From assembly GCF_006345805.1 (NCBI RefSeq), contig NC_042998.1:14570001-14634000 (forward strand): DNA of 64,000 nucleotides, in the 5' to 3' direction. Made by a program: the position numbers and the translations under genes. The notes under the pieces were generated by a model that searched no databases, had not been told where the DNA came from, and saw only the letters and a list, made by a program, of their open reading frames with translations. Numbering within the stretch: position 1 is the first letter of the stretch; each line of letters opens with the position of its first letter. Shown piece by piece: positions 1 to 11,647 of the stretch. This stretch comes from Octopus sinensis. Its lineage: Eukaryota.

Positions 1-288
1 GTATGATATCGTTGCAGTTAAAAAAATTTTATTGCTGTAGGCAGACAGATTGTGTCTGTAAGTTTTTAAGAATAAAATAATCTAGAATTAAAATGGCTTT
101 CTTATCGGCCAGTTTTTTCTAACTTCTTCAATAGTGCATTGAATATTTGCGCATACACCCTACATGTGCTTTGTTAAATATTTCAGCTAGGTATTTGACA
201 TTTTCTCACCTCCTGGTGTTTTCCAGTTCCGATTTTATAACCTCTGTCTTTCTTATTCAGTTGATTAGGGTTCCTACAATTACTAAAG

Positions 289-321
<33 letters not shown>

Positions 322-334
322 GCCATCATCATCC

Positions 335-537
335 TTCGTATTTCCATATACACTCAACAGATTAGACTTGGAAAAGGAAAGAATTCTAACATCGGGCTAC
401 AACAAATAGCCTTAGATGCCAAGGATCCTCCTGAGTAGCCTAGCTGTTCCTAATAATACTTTTTTCTGGAGCTGTACTAAACTCGATTTTATGTCTATTT
501 CCTCTATCCATCTGTTCAGATCTTTACGGATAGTTCC

Positions 538-540
<3 letters not shown>
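335..540 (-). mobile_element. 3' end fragment of Dong/R4-clade non-LTR retrotransposon (C-terminus of restriction-like endonuclease domain plus 3' UTR)
   Basis: Minus frame reads IGTIRKDLNRWIEEIDIKSSLVQLQKKVLLGTARLLRRILGI* (stop 412-414). This matches the G(AL)GTI...LQK..LLGTARILR terminus of Dong/R4 elements. The truncated 5' end abuts a (TAA)n tract at 540-570. Confidence 0.75.
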
Positions 541-572
<32 letters not shown>

Positions 573-687
573 GTAGTAGTAGTAGTAGTAGTAGTAGTAG
601 CAGCAGCACCTGGTGTTGTTGTTGTTGTTGTTGTTGTGGTTGTTGTTGTTGTTGTTGTCGTTATTGTTGCTGCAGTTGCTGTTCTTC

Positions 688-890
688 TTCCGATCAGGAC
701 TCACGCCATTAGCCACAAAGAAAGAGTGATGAAAGAGTACCGAGGGGTTCAACCAACCACCCCCACCCGCACGCCGGAGATCCGTGGAGCGTAGGTGTTT
801 TTGCTCAATAAACACTCACAATGGCCCGGATGCCCGGTCTGGGAATCGAAACCACGTTCTTACGACCGCGAGTCCGCTGCCCTAACTGGG
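688..890 (-). mobile_element. tRNA-derived SINE (group A head) joined to a short (GAA)n-tailed 3' end
   Basis: Reverse complement gives ttagggcagcggactcgcggtcgtaagaacgtggtttcgattcccagaccggg, the same head as at 31633. The 3' end tctttgtggctaatggcgtgagtcctgatcggaagaagaa is shared with 14640-14675. Confidence 0.8.
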
Positions 891-1430
891 GCATTTCGCC
901 TCTACTTGCATTTCGCCATTTCGCCTCTACTTGCTGCGGCTGCAGTTTTCCCTGTAGAAATGGGTGAGCAGGCAAAAACCGTCAAAAATCGTCAGTGTGC
1001 CGGACAAAATGCTTAGCAGCACTTCTTCCGGCTCTTAACACTTTGAGCTCAAATTACACCGAGGTCGATTTACAATTCATCCTTTCGCAGGGATGGCAGG
1101 GGTTGCGGGGGAAAGAGGTCGATAAAAATCTGTACCGGTATAGCACTGGGGTCAATGTAATCAACAAACCCCTCTCCCTCCAAAATTTCAAATTGTTGTT
1201 ATTGTTGTTGTTGTTGTTGTTAATATCATCTTTTGTCATCTTTTGCATCATCTCCACCATCATCATCATAATCTGTATTATCAGCACAAAGCAGTAATTT
1301 ATTTTCTTATTTCTTTTAATTTTTATTTTTTGTTTTGCTAAGTTACATTTTCTCTAATTTTGTTTTTTAAATTATTGTTTTTATTATTTTTTCCTCTTTT
1401 TTTTTTCTTTTGCTATCATAATCTCATTTC

Positions 1431-1710
1431 TCAATATGTTTCATTATAGTTATAATCGCCATATGACTCCTTACAACCTCTCCGACGCAACACTAGTGGG
1501 GACGCACCCACACGATAATCTATTCTCCCCCCGCTGTCGCAATCAACAGTCTCATCATCATAATCAACAACAACATCAGCATCCTCCTCCTCATCATCAT
1601 CATCATCATCAACTTCGTCATTATCATCATCAACGTCATCATCATCATTATCATCAACGTCATCATCCTCATCATCATCATCATCATCATCATCATTATC
1701 ATCATCAACG

Positions 1711-1777
<67 letters not shown>

Positions 1778-1980
1778 TTATCATCATCGTCAGCTTCATC
1801 ATCAGCATCTTCATCACCACCAACAACAACAGCAGCAGCAACAACATATTAAACTTTATCGACCTTTATGATCATTCTAAACAGCAATATCATCATCATC
1901 ATCACCGTTTTCATCATCGTCATCGTCATCATCGTCGTCGTCGTCCTTGTCATCCTCCACCTCATCCTCATCCTCAACAT

Positions 1981-2011
<31 letters not shown>

Positions 2012-2274
2012 GTCTTGTTCATCATCATCATCATCATGATCATCGTCCTCCTCCTCCTCCTCCTGCTCATCATCATGGTCATCATCATCACAGTCTTCAT
2101 CATCGTTATCATTATCATCATCATTGTCATCGTCAGCATCATCAGCGTCTTCATCATCACCGGCTTCATTATCATCATCATCGTTATCATCATCATCATT
2201 ATCATCATCATCATCATCGTCGTCGTCATCGTCGTCGTCATCATCATCATCATCGTCATCGTCGTCGTCATCAA

Positions 2275-2307
<33 letters not shown>

Positions 2308-2560
2308 TATCATCATCGTCTTGTTCATCATCATCATCATCATCGTCCTCCTCCTCCCGCTCCTGCTCTTCATCATGGTCATCATCATCATCATCACAGT
2401 CTTCATCATCGCTATCATTATCATCATCATTGTCATCACCAGCATCATCAGCGTCTTCATCATCACCGGCTTCATTATCATCATCATCATCATCATCATC
2501 ATCATCGTCGTCGTCGTCATCATCATCATCATCATCATCATCATCGTTTTTATCGCTATC
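1431..2560. repeat. Compound (CAT/CGT/CCT)n cryptic microsatellite with an internal ~306-bp duplication
   Basis: The block starting cgtcttgttcatc occurs at 2011 and again at 2317, with the same downstream variants. Confidence 0.9.
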
Positions 2561-2867
2561 GCCGTCTTCCTCTCCGTTCCCATTTTGTGCATCGTTTCTC
2601 TTTTAAAGTTTAATTTTTTTTCTCCATTTTAAAAAATAAATAAATAAATGATTTCCTTTAGGCAATGTTTTTTTTTTCCTTTTTTCTAATGTTTTGTTTA
2701 TTTTCATTATCACTATTTTTTTTCACCTTTTTTTTTTAATTTTCTAAATAATCTCAGTAAAATTCTTTGCCAAACCTCAAACACCAAAACACCAAAGCAA
2801 GTCATGACGAAATTATTGGGCATTTTTTTTAAGGTTACCTTTTTTTTTAATTCTTTCTGTTTTGTTT

Positions 2868-2904
2868 ATTATTATCACTATTATTATTATTATTATCACT
2901 ATTA

Positions 2905-2946
<42 letters not shown>

Positions 2947-2949
2947 TAC

Positions 2950-2989
<40 letters not shown>

Positions 2990-3008
2990 GTTGTTGTTGT
3001 TATTGTTG

Positions 3009-3057
<49 letters not shown>

Positions 3058-3149
3058 TATTATTATCATTATTATTGTTATTATTATTATTATTATTATT
3101 GTTGTTATTGTTGTTGTTGTTGTTGTTATTATTATTATTATCATCATCA

Positions 3150-3183
<34 letters not shown>

Positions 3184-3328
3184 CACTATATTATTATTAT
3201 TATTATTATTATTATCACTATTATTATTATTATTATTATATTATCATTATTATTGTTATTATTATCATCATCATTATTATTATTATTATTATATTATTAT
3301 TATCACTATTATTATTATTATTATTATT

Positions 3329-3359
<31 letters not shown>

Positions 3360-3440
3360 CATTATTATTATTATTATTATTATTATAATTATTATTATTA
3401 TTATTATTATCACTATTATTATTATTATTATTGTTATTAT
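2868..3440. repeat. (ATT)n/(GTT)n microsatellite
   Basis: Visible directly in the sequence. Confidence 0.95.
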
Positions 3441-5319
3441 TGCTATGTTTGTTATATTCTTGAATTATTATCGGAGGACATGTTGCAGAAGAAAGTGATA
3501 CAGACACTTTGTTGTTTGAAGTACAACGCTTTCCTATTAGATCGTACCCTTTTAAAATTCATTACACAATTTAACATACAAGCGTACATATACACTCACA
3601 ACGCTCACAAACCCAGGCAATCATACACGCGCGCACAGAGATACACACGCATACATTCGTACAAGCGCGCGTACACACACACAGCCAAACATGATTTCGA
3701 ATGCTGTAAAACGCGTACACTAATATACACACGCTACAACCTTTCGTTCAAAGACAGATATGTTGTTTATTTACGATCGAACGCCACCTCCATAATGGTA
3801 TTCATATGCACATGCTCAAAGATGGGCATATACCACCAACAGCTGTTCATACAGCTATAAGCGTACGTTCGCAGAAAGCCATACATGTACATAGGCAATG
3901 TTCGGTTATGTTCCGCAACCCCTTCTTGTCTCTCGCTCTCTGCTCTGTGCTCTGTGCATTAACGACCTACTTGCTCTGACCTCTAACAAAGTCACTCCTA
4001 TGCAAGATAATGCTATTCTTCACAGTTCGCTAAACTATAGCAAACGCGCGTCACTCTCTCGACAAATCTATATTGAAGCCACAGCGGAGTGTTGCTTCCA
4101 TATCTGAGTCAGTGTTGTAACTGCGCAGATACATCCTTCAACGGTTTCTGAAAAAATGCCACTCGACCGACTGCTATAAAATCTCTCACAAACACACTCC
4201 ATCCTCTGGCCCATGGCTGTGCTCTTTCCTCTTTCTATCTTTTCTATTCTGTTACTATACTGACCTCTATTCCTCTGAATGTTTATCATATAGAAGAATT
4301 ATCTTCCTTATATTCTCAAATCACGCTCTCTCCTGCCAAAAGTTTACATAAAATCAACATTGAATTATGCAGTCACACACCAACAGCGTTTAGTATTCAC
4401 GTTTGAATTTTATGACAGTCAAATGAACGGTTGATATAACCCGTATATAAAAATCTTTAGGAGCGAGTCTTGTATTTCATGCACTCAAACACACCTGAAC
4501 CATTTGTCTATCTTCATCTCATCCCCCTTGTTGTATCTGTTTCCCCCAGGCGCAATATTAATCTTTCCTTCACAGAACATCATTCCTCTGGAATCTGCAA
4601 GTTTTCGATATGTCTTCCTGTGCTATCGACTTGCAACATTATAACTTAAATGAAGCATAAATGGCATAGATCTAACCAATATCAAGTGTTTGCAAGGTTC
4701 TTTGCCATGACTCTTTCCTCTAAACTAAGCAAGTCAAAACAAGAGGCATTTTGCAATTTAGACTTTTCGCAATAAAACTGCTCTCCTCCCAAAGCAAATA
4801 CAATGGAAACATTCTGCATTGGGTTACGGCAATGTTGTCTCCTTTAACAAGGCAAATATATAACCATTACTCATATCAAGAAAGCAGCACTGCCGCCACC
4901 CACCAGACACATATACACACAAACACACTTTTTCCAGTTTTGGACAACAAGCAATTAAGTTTTTGTGAAGTTTTTTTTTTCGTGTTGCTCTTCCGTACGA
5001 AAAAGATCTAGGACCACATCACAAAAACTAGCCCCATTCTGATTTTCTACATCACTGGATACTTACTCATCCGATTTCATGTTGAATTCGCAGACTGGTA
5101 GTAAAAGAATTAGTAAAACCGCGCTTTTTGTTGGCCCATCCACTTTTCCGCTTCAGAGAGAAGGGAGAAATATGGGGAGTAAACTGACGATTTATTTATC
5201 GATCCCCAAAAACGAAAATCATAGTTGACCTCTGCGTGATTTGACCTCAAAGCGCAGACATCAGGAAAAGAGGACTGCAGAGTATACTATTCGGCTCTCT
5301 ATTAACCTTGATCAAATAT

Positions 5320-5560
5320 ATGGAGATGAATTCTGACATGCGAATGCAGTCAGAACGTTTGCCATGTCCCTTCCTGCTGACCACGGCTTCGTAGTCTCAG
5401 TTGCAACTATCCATGTCAGGTCTTACAGCCTTTACAGTGTTCACAAAGCACTGAGCAGCAGTCAAGATATCGGCATCTCGATACTCGGTGCGAATCCTCA
5501 TGATACAGGTCACATATTTTCAGTATTCAAATGGCTTCCAGTCCTCCATGTCAGGTAACC
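5320..5560 (-). mobile_element. Possible degenerate Tc1/mariner transposase N-terminal fragment
   Basis: Minus frame IMRIRTEYRDADILTAAQCFVNTVKAVRPDMDSCN*DYEAVVSRKGHGKRSDCIR resembles the HTH and 'RSD..R' region of maT-type transposases. It contains a stop and no TIR was found. Confidence 0.35.
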
Positions 5561-5589
5561 GTTTTTCTGAACTAAAATTTTAATCCTTA

Positions 5590-5955
5590 CTAGCAGTATC
5601 GCCCGGCGTTGCTCGGCTTTGTTTTGAAAAGTAAAATGTTTGTATTATTAGCTTGTTATTCTCTTTAAGTGAACATTTTTCTGGTTGAAATACACCGAAA
5701 AATGACGACACAGCAGTCAAAAAATCGTAAAAAATAGGGATTTTCATAGAAAAAAAGCACCTTTTTTATGTAAATAATTTTTGGTGTTAACATGGTCCGA
5801 TTTGAATGTTTTCTTCTACGAAAGGAAGAACAAGCCTTCTTCTATCATACTTTCAATTTTGGTCAACTTGTGCTGCAGGGTCTCGGAGGAGATAGTGTTA
5901 GTTGAAGGCTACCAAACCTGCCATACACAGACAACTCCAGTTTTATATATATAGA
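5590..5955 (-). mobile_element. Non-autonomous Helitron
   Basis: On the minus strand it starts A|TCTATATATATAAAAC and ends with a GC hairpin (CCGAGCAACGCCGGG) followed by CGATACTG-CTAG|T. It sits in an AT target with no TSD. The same 3' end occurs at 11648 and 11958. Confidence 0.8.
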
Positions 5956-7084
5956 TTATCTCCAATGCCGTCACAGTTCACTAATTCAAACTGTTTTTAG
6001 AATAAGGCAATAAAAATTCGTCACATTTAACCCGAACACCCTGTATATTTATCCATCAAGATTTTCCCGATGCATTCGTCCCTTCTTTTATAACCGTATT
6101 CTATATCACAGCAAACAGTTTTATCACTAACGAACTTTCAGCCATTCTCCTCCAGAGCATCAACATCCTGGGGTTCCCTCACATTCGTATTTCTTCTACT
6201 GATGTAAACTTACAAGAATTCAAACTGAATACCAACGTATCAAATAGTTATTAGCGACGCTCACTACGCTTCTAACTTACAAGAACACACGAAACATACT
6301 TTTGTTGATTACAATATTAAGACGGTAACTTCACAGCAATAGCAAAATTCTCGCAGGAAATTAGATTACGTCTTCAAAAGCTAAAATCAAATGGCAACAT
6401 ATTAGCAAAATTGGACGTATAAATGGCTCATCGAACGAGTTGATGATAACCATAAACGTATGCTATTACATGTCCAAGATGAGCTGAAGACTCACATAAT
6501 ATTTTGTTTTGATATCTTTATGTTGAATGTAAAACCTCCCACTTAAATGGACAAAGACTTACATTTCTTACAATATGTGATAAATGTATTAAATTGCCTG
6601 AAGTAATTCAGTGAATTCAAAGCAGTGAATTTAGCACAGCCGTTGATGTACTGGAGAGAACGTCACGCAGCGTTTGTTCCGGTTCTTCGCGTTCTGTGTT
6701 CAGAATCTACAGAGGTCAAGCCTGCTTTTCATCCTACCAGGATCGATAAATAAAGCACCAGTTAATTACTGGGCAGATTCTCTCTCACCCTCCCTCCCTT
6801 CCCCTCTCTTTCACTCACTTTTCCACTCTTTCTCTATTTATTTCTTCCTCTCTCTTCTACTCTCTCTCTTTCTCTACCGCTCCTATCGATTAGGTTGCGT
6901 TATTAGATGAGTAGAGTTACATCACAAATTTTTCTGTCCTTCAGAAATGAAAATCACTGGAGCGGCGAGTGAACAAACACATCTTATAGATAAATGGATA
7001 TGCAACAAGCACTGTCCACCGACGGACCGACGTCCAGTACAGAACAGAACAGAAATAAAGATTATTCTATTCTATACCAAAGCA

Positions 7085-8280
7085 ACCAGAGCTGGCCGAC
7101 ATGTTGGCACGCTGGGTGAAATGCTTAGCGTTATTTCGTGTCTTTACGGTCTCTAATTCCGCGGAGGTCGACTTTGCCTTTCATCCTTTTGGAGTCGATA
7201 AATTAAGTACCAGTTACGCACTGGGGTCGATGTAATTGACTTAATCCCTTTATCTGTCCTTGTTTGTCCTCTCTATGTTAAGCCCCTTGTGAGCAATAAA
7301 GAAATAAGAAACTTTGGCACGCTGGGTGAAATGCTCAGCGCTATTTCGTCTGTCTTTACGTTATCAAATTCTATCGAAGTCGACTTTGCCTCTCATCCTT
7401 TTGGGGTCGATAGATTAAGTACTAAATTCGTACTGGGGTCAATCTAATCGACTGGTCCCCTTCGCAAAAGTTTAGGACCTTGTGCCTAGAGTAAAAATAA
7501 ATAATACATAGTTAACGGCAGATCAAAATTGTTTCACGTACACCTGTCCATCCAACTCTCAGATCTACTTCTAAACCTTTTTACGCCTTCAAAATAGGAC
7601 TCAGCAAGGATTCTAACAAAAGCTGGAATCTTCAGTTTCCATGTGCATCATAGAAATCAATTTAAGGCGGCGAGCTAGCAGAAACGTTGGCACGCCGGGC
7701 GAAGTGCTCAGCGGTATTTCGTCTGCCGCTACGTTCTGAGTTCAAATTCCGCCGAGGTCGACTTTGCCTTTCATCCTTTCGGGGTCGATTAAATAAGTAC
7801 CAGTTACGCACTGGGGTCGATATAATCGACTTAATCCGTTTGTCTGTCCTTGTTTGTCCTTGTTTGTCCTCTCTGTGTTTAGCCCCTTGTGGGTAGTAAA
7901 GAAATAAGTAATTCATCTGTCTTTACGTTCTGAGTTCAAATTCCGCCGAGGTCGACTTTGCCTTTCATCCTTTCGGGGTCGATAAATTAAGTACCAGTTA
8001 CGCACTGGGGTCGATGTAATCGACTTAATCCGTTTGTCTGTGCTTGTTTGTCCCCTTTATGTTTAGCCCCTTGTGGGCAATAAAAAAAATAAGAAACTTT
8101 AGTATGCCGAGCGAAATGCATAGCTGTCTTTACGTTTTGAGTTCAAATTCTGCCGAGGTCGACTTTGCCTTTCATCCTTTCGGGGTCGATAAATTAAGTA
8201 CCAGTTGCCTACTAGGGTCGATGTACTCGACTGGACTCCTCCCCTAAAAATTTCGGGCCTTGTGCCTAGCGTAGAAAATA
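7085..8280 (+). mobile_element. Tandem array of ~5 units of major SINE group B
   Basis: Repeated ggcggcgagctggcagaa...gttctgagttcaaattccgccgaggtcgactttgcctttcatcctttcggggtcgataaattaagtaccag...tttagccccttgtgggcaataaagaaa. It carries a B-box-like GAGTTCAAATTC. Confidence 0.9.
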
Positions 8281-8586
8281 TTTATGAAATCAATTTCTGC
8301 GACAATAATAAATCAGTAATCGACACAGTGAAAGCAAATATTACTTGTGGTAGATAGAAGCTAGATGAAAAATTCAGACAATTACAATTACTTCATTATT
8401 GAAATAGAAATATTATGGGTTGGAATATAGCACTTTTATACCGCTTATAATTGGTATGTCTGATACAATTGCGAACTGGGAAATGCACAAGCACAATCAC
8501 CTGGGTAGAATGGGCAATAAAAGCAAGAATGAAAAATTGACGGAACATGTTCACATGGTATAAGTCTATCAAGAGCTCTTAACTTA

Positions 8587-8794
8587 CTGTTCTATATTTA
8601 AGAGATGAAGAATTATGTACATTATTTACATTATTTACATTCGACGGATATTTGTCCTCATCTTGTTTGTTGTTAACACAACGTTTCGGCTGATATACTC
8701 TCCAGCCTTCTTCAGGTGTCTTGGGGAAATTTCGAAGCTGGGTTTACACCTTCCTCAGGTAATTTTCGATATTATTATCATTATCATTATTATT

Positions 8795-8842
<48 letters not shown>

Positions 8843-8912
8843 GATCAGGTCACTGCTTGGAATCGAACTCGGAATCTTGGGGTTAGTAGCCCGTGCTCTT
8901 AGCCATATGCCC
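8587..8912 (-). mobile_element. Penelope-associated terminal unit: tRNA-like head + (AAC/AAT)n + hammerhead + tail
   Basis: The head spans 8843-8912 with B box GAGTTCGATTCC at 8859-8870. The microsatellite spans 8770-8842 and the hammerhead 8675-8720. The tail recurs at 49887-49983 and 57770-57868. Confidence 0.75.
8675..8720 (-). ncRNA. Minimal type I hammerhead ribozyme motif
   Basis: GACAC CTGAAGA A GGCTG GAGAGTATAT CAGCC GAAA CGT T GTGTT. It has a CUGANGA/GAAA core, a 5-bp stem II, a 5-bp stem I (one G-U pair) and a loopless palindromic stem III (ACGU). Confidence 0.75.
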
Positions 8913-8941
8913 CTGGATAATTATGGAGTGAGTTTTAGGGC

Positions 8942-9545
8942 TTATAAATCTAATATTTTCCTATCCTTCCTTAATACCGGTTCCCATATGCTTTTCATAT
9001 CTGCACTTGGTCTGCTTAGGAGGTTGTTGTGTCCTAGCATATGTGCTGCTTCTTTTAGTTTCGGTTTTTCCGGTGGTGTTCTCTGTCTATTATTTTAACT
9101 TCATCCCACGGTGGGGAGATGGTCTCCATTTTTCCATACAGGATCAGCTATACCCGATTTATCAATATCTCCTCGTGTCACAGCTTTGTGATGTTCCTCT
9201 ACCCTTATTTTGAGGGGGCGGCATGTTTTGCTTTTGTATAACCTACGACAGCTGCATGGGATGGAGTACACACAGTCTTTGGTCATATTCTCTTCTATTG
9301 TTAGTTTTACTCGAAGGAGATATTTGCAAAGTGTTGTATTACTCTTGACTACTGTCCTTATGTCATATGGGCCGCATATCTTTTGTAACTTTTTGGAGAG
9401 GCCTTTCAAATAGGGTAGACAGACTGTGGACAATTTATTGGCTTCATCCTCTCATTTCTTCTTAATTGGAGTGGAGAGTATGCTTTTGGTGTAGTTGTTG
9501 CTTAATATTAAGCTTAATTTTAGATCCATTTCTCATCGCATGTTA
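8942..9545 (-). mobile_element. Penelope-like element, C-terminal RT linker plus GIY-YIG endonuclease remnant (frameshifted)
   Basis: TVCLPYLKGLSKKLQKIC...DCVYSIPCSCRRLYKSKTCRPLKIRVEEH...KSGIADPVW matches the PLE VY.IPC.C...Y.G.T.R.L..R..EH motif. It ends WEPVLRKDRKILDL* with the stop at 8942-8944. Confidence 0.85.
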
Positions 9546-9779
9546 CAATTCGATTCAAAAATGATTCATTTTTGTGACGAGAAAGTAGCATAATGCAGGC
9601 TTCCAAACGCTAAATATAGAGATATGCATACACACATACACACACATACATACATACATACATACATACACACATACATACATACATACATACACACATA
9701 CATACATACATACATACATACATACATACATACATACATACATACATACATACATACATACATACATACATACATGGTG

Positions 9780-10790
9780 GCTCCCCCTCGTTATCGAGTA
9801 TGGCCATTGCACGAAGCTTAATCAATGTTGTTATCGTGCAACATGTGCAAGAATATTTTTTTAAAGTGAGGAAAGACTGTGCACTGAGTCAATCCCATTC
9901 ACTAAGCAACAGCAGCCATAATCCGAAAAGAACAAGTCAACATTATCGGTAACCGCTGAGCCGCAGGTTTTATGTCGGAGTTATCCCAGTTACCTGAGCT
10001 GCTTTCTCCTAGAATGATGCCCTAACAAAGGCTAGGAGTCCTTCACTCCCAATGGTTTAACCGCGCGATCGGGTATTCAGTCCGATTATTTCTATGTCCC
10101 CGCGCATGATACAGCCTTAAGACATTTATTGGATGGCGGTTGACTCTCAAGAGTTCCTCCGCCCTTTGACGGGTTTTGTTTTTCATCCCGCAGGGTATCC
10201 AATAAACACCCTCCTCATCAAGCAAGCTTGGTGGGGTTGCCGGTTTAGTCGCCAACGAGCCGACCATGCAACAGGTTGTACTGGGTTACATGTTACCAGT
10301 AGCACTCGAAAGTGACCTGACATACACATACATACATACATACATACATACATACATACATACATACATACATACATACATACATACATACATACATGCT
10401 GGCTGTCAACCCGCGGACGAGTATTACCCTCAGTGACAATACATCCTATCCTAGATGTGAAAGATTATGGCTGTCAGCGATACCCATGTTGAGCAAGATT
10501 TCTGATTCACAGTGAGTCAGGTATTATTTCAAAATTCCCTTCTCCTAGACAGAGCTGTCTAAACAAAACCTGGGGTTTCTCATTCCCAGTTGTTCGATGA
10601 CCGTTGATTCTATGAGTTCATCCATATTTGGACAGGGCTTTCTTTTTTTAATACCTGCTGGGTATCCAACAACAAAAAAAAAACTACCTTCGTACTATGT
10701 AGACATGGTAGCGTTGCCGGTTTAGTTATCGACGGCTCAACCGTTTGACACGTAGTACGGGGTTTCGTATTACTACGAGCACTAAGAGTG
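9780..10790 (+). repeat. Two diverged, related unclassified repeats head-to-tail, each ending in a (TACA)n or (CA)n tail
   Basis: Shared ordered blocks ttctcctaga, gggtatccaa, gttgccggtttagt and gcact...agtgac(c/t)tgac occur in both 9780-10322 and 10398-10797. Confidence 0.5.
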
Positions 10791-10795
10791 ACTTG

Positions 10796-10840
<45 letters not shown>

Positions 10841-11024
10841 CATCATATATACATGCGTATATACATATACACACACACACACACAAACACACACACATAC
10901 ACACACCTATTCATGGGCGCTTGTTTGTGTATGTGTTTATATGTGCATTTATTTATATATAAATGTATACATACATATATACATACATACATATACATAT
11001 ATATATATATATATATATTTAACA

Positions 11025-11219
11025 GGAAGCTTTACGAAATTAAACAAAAGACGAAGGCAGTGGAGTACAAACAAACAATTGTATTAGTATGGCGCTCAGG
11101 AATAGAAATAAAACAAGTCTTTTACGTTTCGAGCCTACGCTCTTCAACAGAAAGATACACAGAAAAGAAACACGGAGAGAAACAAGGAGAGAAAAAAATG
11201 CGCGCAGGAGCTAACGAAT

Positions 11220-11222
<3 letters not shown>
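11025..11222 (-). mobile_element. Penelope-type terminal-repeat fragment with a variant hammerhead (11118-11155)
   Basis: TCTTT CTGTTGA A GAG CGTAGG CTC GAAA CGT A AAAGA. Stems I and II pair, and core position A6 is U. Confidence 0.55.
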
Positions 11223-11267
<45 letters not shown>

Positions 11268-11316
11268 TATATATATATATATTATATATATATTATAATA
11301 TATATATATATATAAT

Positions 11317-11347
<31 letters not shown>

Positions 11348-11376
11348 ATATAATACTGTGAAGCATTGTGTAGATA

Positions 11377-11647
11377 TATAGTATAAAAGATCGTGTGTAA
11401 GGCCAACACAATACCAAGTAAATGCAAGGTAAATCACAAGAAAACAAATATGTGAGTTAATGTAGACTTACCTAGTATTCAATATTTCGGGGTTATGACC
11501 CCATTTTCAAGAAATTGACAATTTCCTGAAACACTGAAATATTGAATACAAGGTAAGTCTATATTAATTCACATATTTGTTTTCATGTGATTTATCTTGC
11601 ATTTACTTCACAGTATTTTGGCCTTACCCACGATCTTTTATACTATA
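11377..11647. repeat. Fold-back inverted repeat (~110-bp arms, 47-bp spacer)
   Basis: tatagtataaaagatcg...tattcaatatttc is the reverse complement, with some mismatches, of gaaatattgaatac...cgatcttttatactata. Confidence 0.85.

Noticed and set aside
1431-3860. Long poly-His, poly-Asp, poly-Ile, poly-Leu and poly-Met ORFs
   Set aside because: These are translations of (CAT)n and (ATT)n microsatellites. The same applies to the ORFs at 46182-47815, 52562-53308 and 54268-56690.
7085-8280. CRISPR-like regular repeats
   Set aside because: The units are ~200-bp SINE copies without unique spacers, the context is eukaryotic, and there are no cas genes.
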